Positions 37,001 to 45,544 of a stretch of DNA of 64,000 nt are shown here, piece after piece; the stretch's first letter is position 1, and the number at the start of each line of letters is the position of its first letter. The notes beneath the pieces are model-generated. The model saw only the letters and a program-made list of their open reading frames with translations, searched no databases and was not told the DNA's origin. Position numbers and translations under genes: made by a program. The DNA comes from Chitinophagales bacterium. Lineage in GTDB: Bacteria > Bacteroidota > Bacteroidia > Chitinophagales > LD1. The stretch lies in assembly GCA_044228435.1 (NCBI GenBank), contig JBGAUW010000006.1, forward strand, positions 4,203 to 68,202, in the 5' to 3' direction.

Positions 37001-38814
37001 GTAAATGCGCCGCACGAGGCCTGATCGGCGCTTATGCTGTTGTTAGTTATAACAGGATAGATGGTAACCGTAACATTGGGGCTATTATTAAAACAAGTGC
37101 CCGAATAAACGCCCCGGCGATAAGTAGTTGTTTGCGTTATTAACGGTGGATTGAAAGTAGCCGAAGTGCTTGCTGCAGCAGCCCAGGTATTTCCACCATC
37201 CGTACTCTCCTGCCATTGATAGGTATAAATACCGTTACCGCCGCTCAAACTACCGGTACCGGTTAGTGTAATCGGGTCGCCGCTGCCACAAAAACTTTGC
37301 GGCGCACCAATAGTGTTGCCGGCAATTACCGGCTGAATGGTAACCGTAACCACATTACTTGTCGATGCCGCACAGGCTCCGCCTGTAATTAAACGCCTGA
37401 AATATGTGGTGCTTACCAAAGCTCCCGGCGAATAATTTTGCGAATTGGCTCCGCTAATATTTCCGTAAGGTCCGCCAATAGATGTGGCCGATTGCCATTG
37501 ATAGCCGTAGCTGCCGTTTCCACCGGTAGGTAGCGTGCCGGTTAAACCAATAGGTGTAGAGGTGCCACACAAAGTTTGATCGGCATCAATTACGTTATTA
37601 GCTATAGGCTGCTCTATTACGTAAGTAAGCACATTCGATGAATTATCGCAACCGCCAGTGCTTATTACTCTTCTAACAAGTAAGGTTTGCGAAGTAGCGG
37701 CAGGGTCGAACTGGTAAGGCAACAAGGTTGAAGAGTAAGGGCCGTTAACTGTCCAGGTAGCGCCACCATTCGTGCTGGTTTCCCACTGGTAAGTCCAGGT
37801 AGGGAAAGCTACTGTTGGTGTATTGCCGGTAACAACTCCCGGGTCGCCGGTGCTGCAAAATGGGCCAACAGCACCCGTTGGGGTAATAACGTTATTGGTT
37901 ACAGGGGCTGAAGAAACAAGTAAATCGATATCCTTAAAACATAGGCTTTTTATACCTCCGTTGGTACAAAATACACGGTACGTTGTATTGGCTAAAGGCG
38001 ATACCGTGATAGTAGCACCCGTGCCCACAGTAGTTCCACCGGCGGTTTCCCAAACATAGCTGCCGCCAAACACAGTTCCGCCGGTTACCGTAAGGGTTAT
38101 TGACCCCCCCGAACAGGTACTAGTACCCGGCGAGGCTGTAATACCCGATGGAATTGGCGACGACCAATCTACCGAAACACGAGCCCCATAGTTACTACCA
38201 CCACCCAGGCCCGGAGGGGCCGCACCGTGGTTGGTTGTAAATACATCGGTTGTTGTTGAGTTTTGGTTAGGTGGAGCAAAACGATAATTGAAGGTAGTAG
38301 TAAGTACATCATCATAACAGTAATCATCATCATCAAACAAACAGCTTTCGCAGCCGCTTGCAGCGCCGCAATCATCACCTGTATAAGAACCGCGTATTTG
38401 CAAATAGCGCGGTGTATTAACTGTAACGTTAGTTCCTGCCGTACCATATGTTTGGTCGAAAAGGTTAACCAGCGGGTGGCTGGCAGCCTGGTCGTCGCCG
38501 CCATCAAATATAGTGCGCCATCCAATCCAGTTGGTTCCCGAAAAATACATAAAGCCATTGGTTCGCCAGCTTTGGCCGTCAAGGTTGGCGTTATCGGCAG
38601 CATACCAAAAAAGCGCTACCTCATCCGATTCAAAAGGATCTTCGAATTCCTGCAACCAGGTATCGCGCACATAAGGCCTTATGCGCATACAACCATCATT
38701 AATTACCTGTGCGTTGGCTTCAGAAACAAATAAAATGAGCGCTAAAACCAGTAAAGGTAATGCTGAAAAGCGTGTAAACTTGTTCATATCTGTAGTGTCT
38801 TTTCTGTTTGTCAA
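31063..38814 (-). CDS. giant SprB-like cell-surface adhesin with a T9SS type-B (gliding-motility-associated) C-terminal sorting domain
   Basis: 2583 aa. Domain order: signal peptide (the start may be M10 at 38787); unknown N-terminal domain; eight repeats of about 91 aa of the YQW type; 19 SprB-type repeats (CxGxxxGxI...GGxxPYxYxWSN...TDANGC); one Ig-like domain; C-terminal PTAFTPNGDGLNDRFEF...YVYQMTVTY. Confidence 0.93.
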   Translation of the reverse strand: MTNRKDTTDMNKFTRFSALPLLVLALILFVSEANAQVINDGCMRIRPYVRDTWLQEFEDPFESDEVALFWYAADNANLDGQSWRTNGFMYFSGTNWIGWRTIFDGGDDQAASHPLVNLFDQTYGTAGTNVTVNTPRYLQIRGSYTGDDCGAASGCESCLFDDDDYCYDDVLTTTFNYRFAPPNQNSTTTDVFTTNHGAAPPGLGGGSNYGARVSVDWSSPIPSGITASPGTSTCSGGSITLTVTGGTVFGGSYVWETAGGTTVGTGATITVSPLANTTYRVFCTNGGIKSLCFKDIDLLVSSAPVTNNVITPTGAVGPFCSTGDPGVVTGNTPTVAFPTWTYQWETSTNGGATWTVNGPYSSTLLPYQFDPAATSQTLLVRRVISTGGCDNSSNVLTYVIEQPIANNVIDADQTLCGTSTPIGLTGTLPTGGNGSYGYQWQSATSIGGPYGNISGANSQNYSPGALVSTTYFRRLITGGACAASTSNVVTVTIQPVIAGNTIGAPQSFCGSGDPITLTGTGSLSGGNGIYTYQWQESTDGGNTWAAAASTSATFNPPLITQTTTYRRGVYSGTCFNNSPNVTVTIYPVITNNSISADQASCGAFTPATLVGTTPGGGTGSYTYVWEQNVNGGGWNVIGGAVSANYSPGAVTVTTQYRRTVNSLPCSDVSNVVTVTITPPITVNTIGTSQTFCVSGDPGTLTGAVPTGGNGSFTYQWQSSPDGFTWANIGGATGQSYAPGNITATTYFMRNAFSGSCSLSSNAVTITIVPAISGNSISAAQSFCGSGDPALLIGSTPAGGTGTYNFQWLESTDNFTFTPIGGAVNQNYDPGNVTVTTYFRRDVTSSACSSGSNVITITVVPVIGNNTIENYQRFCGSGDPVTINGSTPTGGTGVYTYQWETSPNGITWTAVGGANAISYDPPFTSSTVYYRRQVFSSVCSSTSNDNQILILQQPQVTQVTNTNVLCNGGNTGSILVSGTATNGSAYYSIDGGVVYQSSGAFSNLTAGNYNVFITDDSACVSAYAGNAVVVSEPAVLVHTAVTQNASCDNVFDGSITVNATGGTTPYAYSLNGGPSQPGNVFSGLSDGTYTILITDANGCTDGGTEVIDTAYAVYASLVSQTPVSCFGGVDGTVTVQLTGGLPPYSYSINGIQFVPSPTFTGLASGNYVVTLRDSKGCTDFVSVTVTQPNQLQAQIDSVANIGCSGATTGAIYITVSGGNAPYNFLWSNSATTEDITGLAAGTYNVAITDAKGCTASVGATISQPLPLFLNIASFQNLSCYNDSTGSIDVTANGGVPPYSFAWSNGATTEDVFGLLPNTYTVVVTDANGCQQTISQVITEPTQLSSSVTSTQVLCAGAASGAVDLTVTGGTLPYNYVWSNGATSEDLSGVAGGLYTVIVYDANGCSITNSTTVTEPAPITVSLVKTDVLCNGDSTASIDITVNGGTPVITYAWSNGAVTEDLSLLPAGNYSVTITDGNSCTATAGATISQPAGLVLNATPVNVSCAGGANGAVDVTVQGGVFPYTYAWSNSATTEDINGLSGGTYTVSVTDANGCSLTASFTITEPTAITSTLTGTNVTCFGAANGSIDLTAAGGTAPYTYLWNTFQTVEDLSGISGGTYFVIITDANGCTRNDSVVITEAPALVLNLVVTNVICNGAATGAIDLTVNGGAPTYTYLWNNNATSEDLTGLIAGTYSVVVTDAASCSASASAVVTESNPIVINSSTQNVSCAGGNDGSVDISVQGGTFPYTYAWSNSTIAEDIRNVIAGTYVVSVTDAAGCSVTASYTLTEPAGIVSSVVGTDVTCNGAKNGAADLTVSGGVAPYTFLWSTFQGTEDISGLSGGLYFVIITDANGCEKKDSVLLAEPNAIALTLNVTNITCFNANDGAIDLVVAGGTPAYTYLWSNNATTEDLSNLPGGQYVITVTDANSCTATASTTIVNPSAIFANFINKNPLCYGDTSGRVDLIASGGTPPFTYLWSNGRTTEDLINVPAGSYIVTITDSRNCSYVDSTTITEPDAIFTSGVVKNVTCAGLADGFVDITAYAGTLPYAYLWSTNQTTEDIFSVAGGDYYLTVTDANGCQGVSLYTVREPLPLGISIVKTDVLCNGAATGTLAVIPTEGTRPYFYLWSNFATDSALVGVSAGHYVIQLTDSSGCFIYDSVDVLEPSKLVLAGTTTDAVCFGSATGVIDITVTGGVTAYNYVWSNNATSPDLTGVAAGPYAVTVTDANSCSLTAAFTLGQGTKISPNLASLDPICYGGNTGSISALTNGGTQPYTYAWSNGKSTIAIGNLVAGTYTLTVTDALSCTATDSVVINNPAPIVVTATANGAKCFNTATGNVSTVVTGGFGPYTYLLNAVAQNTDTFSALLPGDYLLLVTDVNGCQGTTNFSVSAPGAISVDLNVTEQVILTGMQTQLVATAQSDSTPIVNYFWTPETDSNNRVIFDFSSCGDLLNCSNPLVAPRTTTTFTVTVMNSDSCYASDTVTVQVLNQPSAFLPTAFTPNGDGLNDRFEFDILGAENISVAIFDRWGQRIYYNPTQVNGINKNSGWDGTVNGKAAPFDTYVYQMTVTYFDDVSKDFTGTVTLMK
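31630..35928 (-). repeat. array of 19 SprB-type repeats within the adhesin (aa 963-2395)
   Basis: Counted by hand. Repeats 5-18 are each exactly 75 aa (225 nt). Confidence 0.85.
35962..38160 (-). repeat. array of eight repeats of about 91 aa (FCGSGDP...GGxGxYTYQWxxS...TTYFRR...C) within the adhesin (aa 219-951)
   Basis: Repeat boundaries fall at P403, P495, P587, P678, P769 and P860. The first two units are divergent. Confidence 0.8.
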
Positions 38815-38824
38815 TTCAACTTAA

Positions 38825-39655
38825 CTATTTACCCGGGTGATTTTTAACCACATCGGCCGGCGGATTTTTAGTCCACTCAAATTTTTGCTTTACATCGGCG
38901 CGGAATTTTTCAGCGCTGAACCATTCCGGAAAGCTGTATTGGTTTCCATATAATGTAGCAAAAGTTTGTGGCTCGAAAACAAATAACCAGGCTCTTATGC
39001 TAAGCTGATAGCTTAATTCGCCCTTGCTGGTGTTCGAGTAAGCTTCGCGCACAGGTTTTGTTTCGTGCAGCGGTGCTGATAAAAAAGCCGGAATTTGAAC
39101 CGGTTTAAAGTAACCGGTATAGTAAGGGTTAAGCGCCGTTAATTCACTGGCGTTAAACAGTTTTTCATATTCCAGGGGGTAAAGCTTTATCCACGCATCA
39201 AGCGCAATCTCGTAGGCTTTAGTATCTTCTGCAGCTTTGCCTGTAAGCACCGGTTTTGGAAAATGAGCCGCCAGCTCGTTAAGGCGGGCTTCGCTTATTT
39301 TGCTATTGGTAACCCACTCCCAAATACTACTTGCAAATACCTCGGGCTTACTGCCATCGCTTAACCCAAGGTAATATGCCGAGGGGTTAGACTTTTGTAT
39401 GCCATCCAACTTCCAAAAGGCTTGCTCTTCATTAGCAAAGTTTTTCTGCCAGGCTTTAATTGCCTGCGCAAAAGCGGCATCATCGGTATACTTTTCAATA
39501 ACCGGAAAGTGCGGACAGGTTTTATAAATGTTATCGAAACTTACCTGGCTGGCTTGCATTAGCGAGCGCCATTGTTGAACAGAAGTTGGTTGCTGTGCAT
39601 TAGCAGACAAACTGCCCAACACCAATGCAAAAAGCAATGCGCGTACGTAATTCAT
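38825..39655 (-). CDS. secreted protein of unknown function, co-transcribed with the adhesin
   Basis: Signal peptide MNYVRALLFALVLGSLSANAQ. It ends 10 nt before the adhesin ORF. Aromatic-rich, with no family I recognise. Confidence 0.75.
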   Translation of the reverse strand: MNYVRALLFALVLGSLSANAQQPTSVQQWRSLMQASQVSFDNIYKTCPHFPVIEKYTDDAAFAQAIKAWQKNFANEEQAFWKLDGIQKSNPSAYYLGLSDGSKPEVFASSIWEWVTNSKISEARLNELAAHFPKPVLTGKAAEDTKAYEIALDAWIKLYPLEYEKLFNASELTALNPYYTGYFKPVQIPAFLSAPLHETKPVREAYSNTSKGELSYQLSIRAWLFVFEPQTFATLYGNQYSFPEWFSAEKFRADVKQKFEWTKNPPADVVKNHPGK

Positions 39656-39823
39656 AGTTATAAATTTTTCTTTTACTAAACTTAGCCTGTTTATTGGGTG
39701 TGTCCATTATTCCAAAAACAGCGGGGTCAAATATAAACCAAGCGGGCTAAAAAGGAAGTTATGTGTAAATTAAAGTATGGGTTGACTTAAATCATGAGTC
39801 TTAATGCGTTTGGTTAACCCTGG

Positions 39824-40306
39824 CTAAAAGGATTTTAACATATGAATGCTGCACGAATAATGGCCCGAGTTACCCATAGGGCCGGGCAATAGGGTAAAAC
39901 CCAACTTTTTATAAATAGCCACCGCCTTTTCAAGTTCGGGCATTGTTTCCAGGTAAATTTTGTTGTATCCCGCCTTTAAGGCAAAAGCTATACAGTTTTC
40001 TATTAGCATTTTACCCAATCCCCTGCCACGCGCGTGGGGTAACAAATACATTTTTACCAACTCGCAGGTGCCCGGGGGCAGCCCCTCGGTTGGGTAAATA
40101 CCAGCCCCGCCTACTACCTTACCATCTACTACGGCTACAAAATATGCGCTATTAGCTGATGTAAAAGCTTCGCTTAAATTATTCAGGCTTTGGTCGTAGT
40201 AAGCTGTGCCCGGCCGGTTAATCCCATGCTCCTCAAACACGTTTTTAATTACTGCACAAATAGCAGCATTGTCTTCTTCCTTTATCCTGCGTATTTCTGC
40301 TTGCAT
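39824..40306 (-). CDS. GNAT-family N-acetyltransferase
   Basis: Acetyl-CoA binding motif RGRGLGKMLIE. Confidence 0.88.
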   Translation of the reverse strand: MQAEIRRIKEEDNAAICAVIKNVFEEHGINRPGTAYYDQSLNNLSEAFTSANSAYFVAVVDGKVVGGAGIYPTEGLPPGTCELVKMYLLPHARGRGLGKMLIENCIAFALKAGYNKIYLETMPELEKAVAIYKKLGFTLLPGPMGNSGHYSCSIHMLKSF

Positions 40307-40405
40307 GGCTATATTAAAACTGACGACAAATTTGGCATTTCCTTACCAATAGTAAAATCGAGGTTACTGAACAGCTAATTTTGCCTTACAACAAAACAAT
40401 CAGTT

Positions 40406-40798
40406 ATGAAAAGATTACTTCTACCTGTTATTTGCGCACTGCTACTTACCGCCTCCTGCAAAAAGGATAAAGAAACCTTTAATGCGGAAGCTACTTACAA
40501 CACAACAGCTTTTACCGAAAAAGGTTGCTTTGATCCGGGAACCGTAATGTCAATGAATTCGCTAAACGCAATCGAAATTACCTTTACTAATAACACCAAA
40601 AACAACCTGAGTTTTTTTTGGATAGATTATAGCGCCGATGAAAAATTCTATAAAGAACTTGAACCCGGTCAATCGTGGGTGTGCCCTACCTTTTTAACTC
40701 ACCCGTGGATGATACGCAAGGCCGACAATAGCTGTGCTACTATTCTAATCCCTAAGGCAGGTGCAGCAGCCAATGAGACGGTGACGTTTGAGGAGTAA
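40406..40798 (+). CDS. lipoprotein with a pVHL beta-domain-like fold signature
   Basis: Lipobox LTASC (Cys18). Residues 60-106 align without gaps to human pVHL 76-122, including the W88/Y98/S111/H115/W117 equivalents. Confidence 0.8.
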   Translation: MKRLLLPVICALLLTASCKKDKETFNAEATYNTTAFTEKGCFDPGTVMSMNSLNAIEITFTNNTKNNLSFFWIDYSADEKFYKELEPGQSWVCPTFLTHPWMIRKADNSCATILIPKAGAAANETVTFEE

Positions 40799-40810
40799 GC
40801 CCCCTAAACA

Positions 40811-40845
40811 AAGACATCCGAAGTTTTAAAAACTTCGGATGTCTT
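40811..40845. terminator. strong hairpin terminator (15-bp perfect stem)
   Basis: AAGACATCCGAAGTT / AACTTCGGATGTCTT around a 5-nt loop, between convergent genes. Confidence 0.75.
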
Positions 40846-40850
40846 CAATA

Positions 40851-40883
40851 AAAAAGCGCGAAGAAAATTCTTCGCGCTTTTTT
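40851..40883. terminator. second bidirectional terminator
   Basis: AAAAAGCGCGAAGAA / TTCTTCGCGCTTTTT. Confidence 0.75.
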
Positions 40884-40908
40884 GCCTTTAGAGATTTAGG
40901 ATAGGGTT

Positions 40909-43176
40909 TTACTTTCCTATCGCTGCCTTAATAATATTCAACGCTGCGCCGGCTTTAAACCACTCTACCTGCTGCTCGTTATAAGTGTGTGCCACTTCAA
41001 ACGATTCTGTAGAACCATCTTTGTGGTTTAACTGCAATGTTAGGTTTTTGCCAGGGGCAAAAGTGGTAAGGCCTAAAATATCAATCACATCATCCTCCTG
41101 AATTTTGTTGTAGTCGTCCTTGTTTACAAAGGTAAGACCCAGCATACCTTGCTTTTTCAGGTTGGTTTCGTGTATACGCGCAAACGATTTTACAAGCACT
41201 GCACGAACACCTAAGAAACGTGGCTCCATAGCTGCATGCTCGCGGCTGCTGCCTTCGCCATAGTTCTCATCGCCAACTACTATGGAACCTACACCAGCTG
41301 CTTTGTAAGCACGCTGTACTGCAGGTACTTCACCATACTCACCGGTCAATTGATTTTTAACCGAGTTGGTTTTTTCGTTGTAGAAGTTAAGCGCACCTAT
41401 CAACATGTTGTTGCTGATGTTATCCAGGTGGCCACGATATTTTAACCATGGGCCGGCCATAGATATGTGGTCGGTAGTACACTTGCCTTTAGCCTTAATA
41501 AGCAGCTTCAATCCTTTCAGATCAACACCTTCCCATGGTGCAAATGGCTCAAGCAATTGTAAGCGGTCAGATGTTGGAGATACTTTAACCTGCACCTGGC
41601 TTCCATCTTCAAATGGAGCTACAAAGCCTGCATCTTCTACTGCAAAACCTCTTGTTGGTAGTTCATCACCAGTTGGTGCATCCAGTTTTACCTGCTGTCC
41701 GGCTTCGTTAGTTAATGTATCGGTAAGCGGGTTAAAAGTTAAGTCGCCGGCTATAGCCAAAGCAGTAGTCAATTCAGGTGAAGCCACAAACGCTAGTGTG
41801 TTTGGGTTACCATCCTGGCGCTTGGCAAAGTTACGGTTGAACGAGTGAACGATGGTGTTGCGTTCTTGTTTATCGGCACCGTGGCGGGCCCACATACCAA
41901 TGCAAGGTCCGCAGGCGTTAGCGTAAACGGTAGCGCCTATTTTATTAAAGGTATCGATAAAACCATCGCGCTCGATAGTAAAGCGGATTTGCTCGCTACC
42001 CGGTGTAATGCTGAATTCTGCCTTCGATTTCAGGTTTTTCTCAGCTACCTGCTTAGCCAATGATACGGCACGGCTGATATCTTCATAAGATGAGTTGGTG
42101 CAAGAACCAATCAAACCAACACTAACCTTGGTAGGCCAGTTGTTAGCAGCAGCAGCTTCTTTCATTTTAGATATTGGCGTAGCCAAATCCGGTGTGAAAG
42201 GGCCGTTGATGTGCGGCTCAAGTTCGGTCAGGTTAATTTCAATTACCTGGTCGAAATATTTTTCAGGGTTTGCATATACTTCCGGGTCACCGGTAAGGTG
42301 TGCTTTAACTGCATCTGCAGCAGCAGCTACATCGGCACGGCCGGTAGCGCTCAGGTAGCGGCTCATGCTCTCATCGTAACCAAAGGTAGAAGTAGTAGCA
42401 CCAATTTCTGCACCCATGTTGCAAATAGTGCCCTTACCGGTGCAGCTCATAGCCACAGCACCTTCGCCAAAATATTCAACTATAGCGCCGGTACCACCTT
42501 TTACAGTAAGTATACCTGCTACTTTCAAAATAACATCTTTAGGGGCTGTCCAGCCGTTTAATTTACCGGTTAACTTAACACCTATCAGTTTAGGTTGTTT
42601 AAGCTCCCATGCCAGGCCAGCCATTACATCACAAGCATCGGCACCACCTACACCGATAGCAACCATACCAAGGCCGCCGGCGTTTACCGTGTGGCTATCG
42701 GTACCTATCATCATACCGCCCGGGAAAGCGTAGTTCTCTAACACAATCTGGTGAATGATACCAGCGCCCGGTTTCCAGAAGCCAATGCCATATTTATTAG
42801 ATACAGAGGCAAGAAAATCGTAAACCTCTTTATTACCCGAAGTAGCAGCTGCCAAGTCGGTTTTAGAACCATCTTTTGCGGTAATTAAGTGATCGCAGTG
42901 CACAGTTGAAGGAACAGCCACTTTAGGACGGCCCGCCTGCATAAACTGCAATAAGGCCATTTGCGCAGTTGCATCCTGCATAGCCACGCGGTCTGGTGCA
43001 AAATCTACATAGCTTTTACCACGGGTAAAATCTTCCAGCTTTTGGCTGGCATGAAGGTGCGAGTAAAGAATTTTTTCGGTAAGCGTTAAAGGACGGTTAA
43101 GTACTTTACGGGCCGCTTCAATTTTAGCAGGTAGCTCGGCATATACCTTCTTAATCATTTCAATATCAAATGCCAT
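40909..43176 (-). CDS. aconitate hydratase, mitochondrial-type
   Basis: 755 aa. [16 protein letters not shown] and [18 protein letters not shown]...[10 protein letters not shown] closely track eukaryotic mitochondrial aconitase. This type is known in Bacteroides. Confidence 0.96.
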   Translation of the reverse strand: MAFDIEMIKKVYAELPAKIEAARKVLNRPLTLTEKILYSHLHASQKLEDFTRGKSYVDFAPDRVAMQDATAQMALLQFMQAGRPKVAVPSTVHCDHLITAKDGSKTDLAAATSGNKEVYDFLASVSNKYGIGFWKPGAGIIHQIVLENYAFPGGMMIGTDSHTVNAGGLGMVAIGVGGADACDVMAGLAWELKQPKLIGVKLTGKLNGWTAPKDVILKVAGILTVKGGTGAIVEYFGEGAVAMSCTGKGTICNMGAEIGATTSTFGYDESMSRYLSATGRADVAAAADAVKAHLTGDPEVYANPEKYFDQVIEINLTELEPHINGPFTPDLATPISKMKEAAAANNWPTKVSVGLIGSCTNSSYEDISRAVSLAKQVAEKNLKSKAEFSITPGSEQIRFTIERDGFIDTFNKIGATVYANACGPCIGMWARHGADKQERNTIVHSFNRNFAKRQDGNPNTLAFVASPELTTALAIAGDLTFNPLTDTLTNEAGQQVKLDAPTGDELPTRGFAVEDAGFVAPFEDGSQVQVKVSPTSDRLQLLEPFAPWEGVDLKGLKLLIKAKGKCTTDHISMAGPWLKYRGHLDNISNNMLIGALNFYNEKTNSVKNQLTGEYGEVPAVQRAYKAAGVGSIVVGDENYGEGSSREHAAMEPRFLGVRAVLVKSFARIHETNLKKQGMLGLTFVNKDDYNKIQEDDVIDILGLTTFAPGKNLTLQLNHKDGSTESFEVAHTYNEQQVEWFKAGAALNIIKAAIGK

Positions 43177-43363
43177 GATTTATGATTTGGGTTTTGTTTA
43201 CAAATAAATAAAGCGAATTAAAACAGCCAGGGTAGGTGGCGGGGATGGAAGGGCTAAAATTAGCGCCCGTTGCCGGAGGCCGGTTTCCTATTCGTTTCAC
43301 AGCGCAAATGTAGCAGGGTTTTTATAATATAAAAAACGTTTTTAGCGAAAATTCGCTACCTGC

Positions 43364-45544
43364 TTACGCTGGGTTTTCGCTCTTTCTCTTATATAACATG
43401 CTATTTACCACCATCCGCATGTCGTTGGCGTCATATTTATCGCCAAAATGTTCCAACAAGGGGCTAACCGAAAGCACATTATTCGCTTCCATGTAGTTTT
43501 CTACCTGCTTTACCATTTCCTCAGGTAAAATATTGCGCACGTCTATCTCTCCCTCCAATATCCACTTACTTAAATGGCTTTTTATAGTAGAAAGCGCCAA
43601 ACCGCGCACCGAGGCTATCTCTTCTACACTAATTCCCTGTCGGTACAAATCCAGCGTATCCTGAAAGGTGCCCCCCTTCTCTTTTTTGCCCGAGGTAACC
43701 GAACTTTCGGGTGTTTTAAGCATGGCGCGGTTATACTTTATAAGGCCTGTGTAAATCTTCTCATCCATAAAATAAGCCTGGTAAAGCTGGTTCATTTTTA
43801 CCCAAAAGTTCTCTTGCACATACTGCACCTGCTGCACATACTTTTTCGATTTGCTTTTGTAAGCCATGTCGCTAATATGTTTGTGCACCGGGGTTATTAG
43901 CTGGTTGAATATAGTTTCGGTAAAGTAGTCGATGGCTTTGGACGAACGTTCGCGCAAATCCGTCGGGTTTTTATCGCGGTTAAAAGTAAAAAGCAGTTTA
44001 TCGAGCTGCGATTCGAATTTATGTGCAGTAGTAACTATGGCTTCAATTTGCACCATTACATGATCGAGCACCTCAAGCGCTTTCTCTTTCTCGGGTATAT
44101 CTTTTTCAAAAAGCAATTCCTTCCAATCGCTTATCCGTTCGCGCAGTTTACTAAAATCGAACAGCTTTTTAAGCTGCTCATTGGCATACTCCACCTTCGA
44201 CTCCTCCAGCAAACTATACAAATCGCTGCTACTATGGTGTTGATCGCTAAAGTCTACAATCTTCTGGTCGCCGCGCAGGCTATTTTGAGTAATTAAACTA
44301 TGCAGCACAATACCCTCCAGCGTACGGCAGCGCGATAAAGCCACATACACCTGCCCCGCCGCAAAACTACTGCCGGCATCTATAATTACTTTATCGAAGG
44401 TAAGGCCCTGGCTTTTGTGTATGGTTATAGCCCAGGCCAAACGCAAAGGGTATTGGCTAAAAGTGCCTACCACATTTTTATTGATGGCATCGTTTTTTTC
44501 GTCAACCGAGTAGCTGATGTTTTCCCATACTTCTTTTTTTACCAGGTAATCTTCGCCGCTATCGTTAAAGGTTACGGTAATATTTTCGGTATCTACTTTT
44601 TTTACCTGCGCCAGTTTACCGTTAAAGTATTTTCCGCCTTCGGCATCATTGCGGGTAAACATTACCTGTGCCCCCTCTTTAAGCCCCAGGTATTTTTCGC
44701 AAGGGTAAATGTGCTCCGGAAACTCGCCGGTTATTTCTGCCTCAAAGGCATACATGCGCGCATCCAGCTTGCGCAATTCGGTTTCGTTTACGCTGTTTAC
44801 CTTGCTGTTGTGAGTACTTAATAATATGTAGCCCGGTTCGGTAGGTTTAAATCCTGGGTTATAGCGCTTCTTCAGCTCTTCATAATCATCCTCATCTATC
44901 TCCAGGTGGCGTATATTGTTTAGCAGGCGCAAAAACCGGCGGTCGCTTTGCCGGTAAATTTTCTTTAGTTCTATTTCGGCCGCATTCAGCTCCTTCCACA
45001 CCATTGAATCAAAAAAGTAGGGGCTGGCATAATAGTTTTTCAAAATAGCCCACTCATTATCTTTTACTACAGGTGGCAGCTGGTGCATATCGCCAATCAG
45101 CATTACCTGCACGCCCCCAAAAGGCTTTTGCTTGCGGCGCACAGTGCGCATTACAAAATCTACGGCATCTAAAATATCGGCGCGCACCATACTCACCTCA
45201 TCTACTATCAGTAACTCCATTTCCTGTATTACCTTGCGCTTATCTTTTCTAAAGTTCATGTGCTCTAACAGCGCACGCCGGTTAGTAATCAGGTTTAAAT
45301 CAACTTTATCGGCAGTAGGTATAAACGAGGTTAAGGGTAAATTAAACTGCGAATGGAGCGTTACGCCCCCGGCATTAATAGCCGCTACACCGGTAGGCGC
45401 TACTACCACAAAGTTTTTGGTAGTATGCTTAGCCAGGTGCTTAAGCAAGGTAGTTTTACCGCTGCCCGCCTTGCCCGTTAAAAAAAAGTGACGGTTGGTA
45501 TAAAGCGCAAACTGCTCGGCCAACTCAAATTCAGGATTATCCAT
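43364..45544 (-). CDS. Pif1/RecD-like helicase with a C-terminal helix-turn-helix domain
   Basis: Walker A GKAGSGKTTLL and DEVSMV (Walker B). The C-terminal segment SVEEIASVRGLALSTIKSHLSKW looks like an HTH. Confidence 0.88.
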   Translation of the reverse strand: MDNPEFELAEQFALYTNRHFFLTGKAGSGKTTLLKHLAKHTTKNFVVVAPTGVAAINAGGVTLHSQFNLPLTSFIPTADKVDLNLITNRRALLEHMNFRKDKRKVIQEMELLIVDEVSMVRADILDAVDFVMRTVRRKQKPFGGVQVMLIGDMHQLPPVVKDNEWAILKNYYASPYFFDSMVWKELNAAEIELKKIYRQSDRRFLRLLNNIRHLEIDEDDYEELKKRYNPGFKPTEPGYILLSTHNSKVNSVNETELRKLDARMYAFEAEITGEFPEHIYPCEKYLGLKEGAQVMFTRNDAEGGKYFNGKLAQVKKVDTENITVTFNDSGEDYLVKKEVWENISYSVDEKNDAINKNVVGTFSQYPLRLAWAITIHKSQGLTFDKVIIDAGSSFAAGQVYVALSRCRTLEGIVLHSLITQNSLRGDQKIVDFSDQHHSSSDLYSLLEESKVEYANEQLKKLFDFSKLRERISDWKELLFEKDIPEKEKALEVLDHVMVQIEAIVTTAHKFESQLDKLLFTFNRDKNPTDLRERSSKAIDYFTETIFNQLITPVHKHISDMAYKSKSKKYVQQVQYVQENFWVKMNQLYQAYFMDEKIYTGLIKYNRAMLKTPESSVTSGKKEKGGTFQDTLDLYRQGISVEEIASVRGLALSTIKSHLSKWILEGEIDVRNILPEEMVKQVENYMEANNVLSVSPLLEHFGDKYDANDMRMVVNSMLYKRKSENPA

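Noticed and set aside
32420-38733. Multiple ORFs of 60-156 aa on both strands within the giant adhesin gene
   Set aside because: All are embedded in a single uninterrupted 7.7-kb reading frame whose repeat periodicity is clear. They are byproducts of repetitive, biased codon use.
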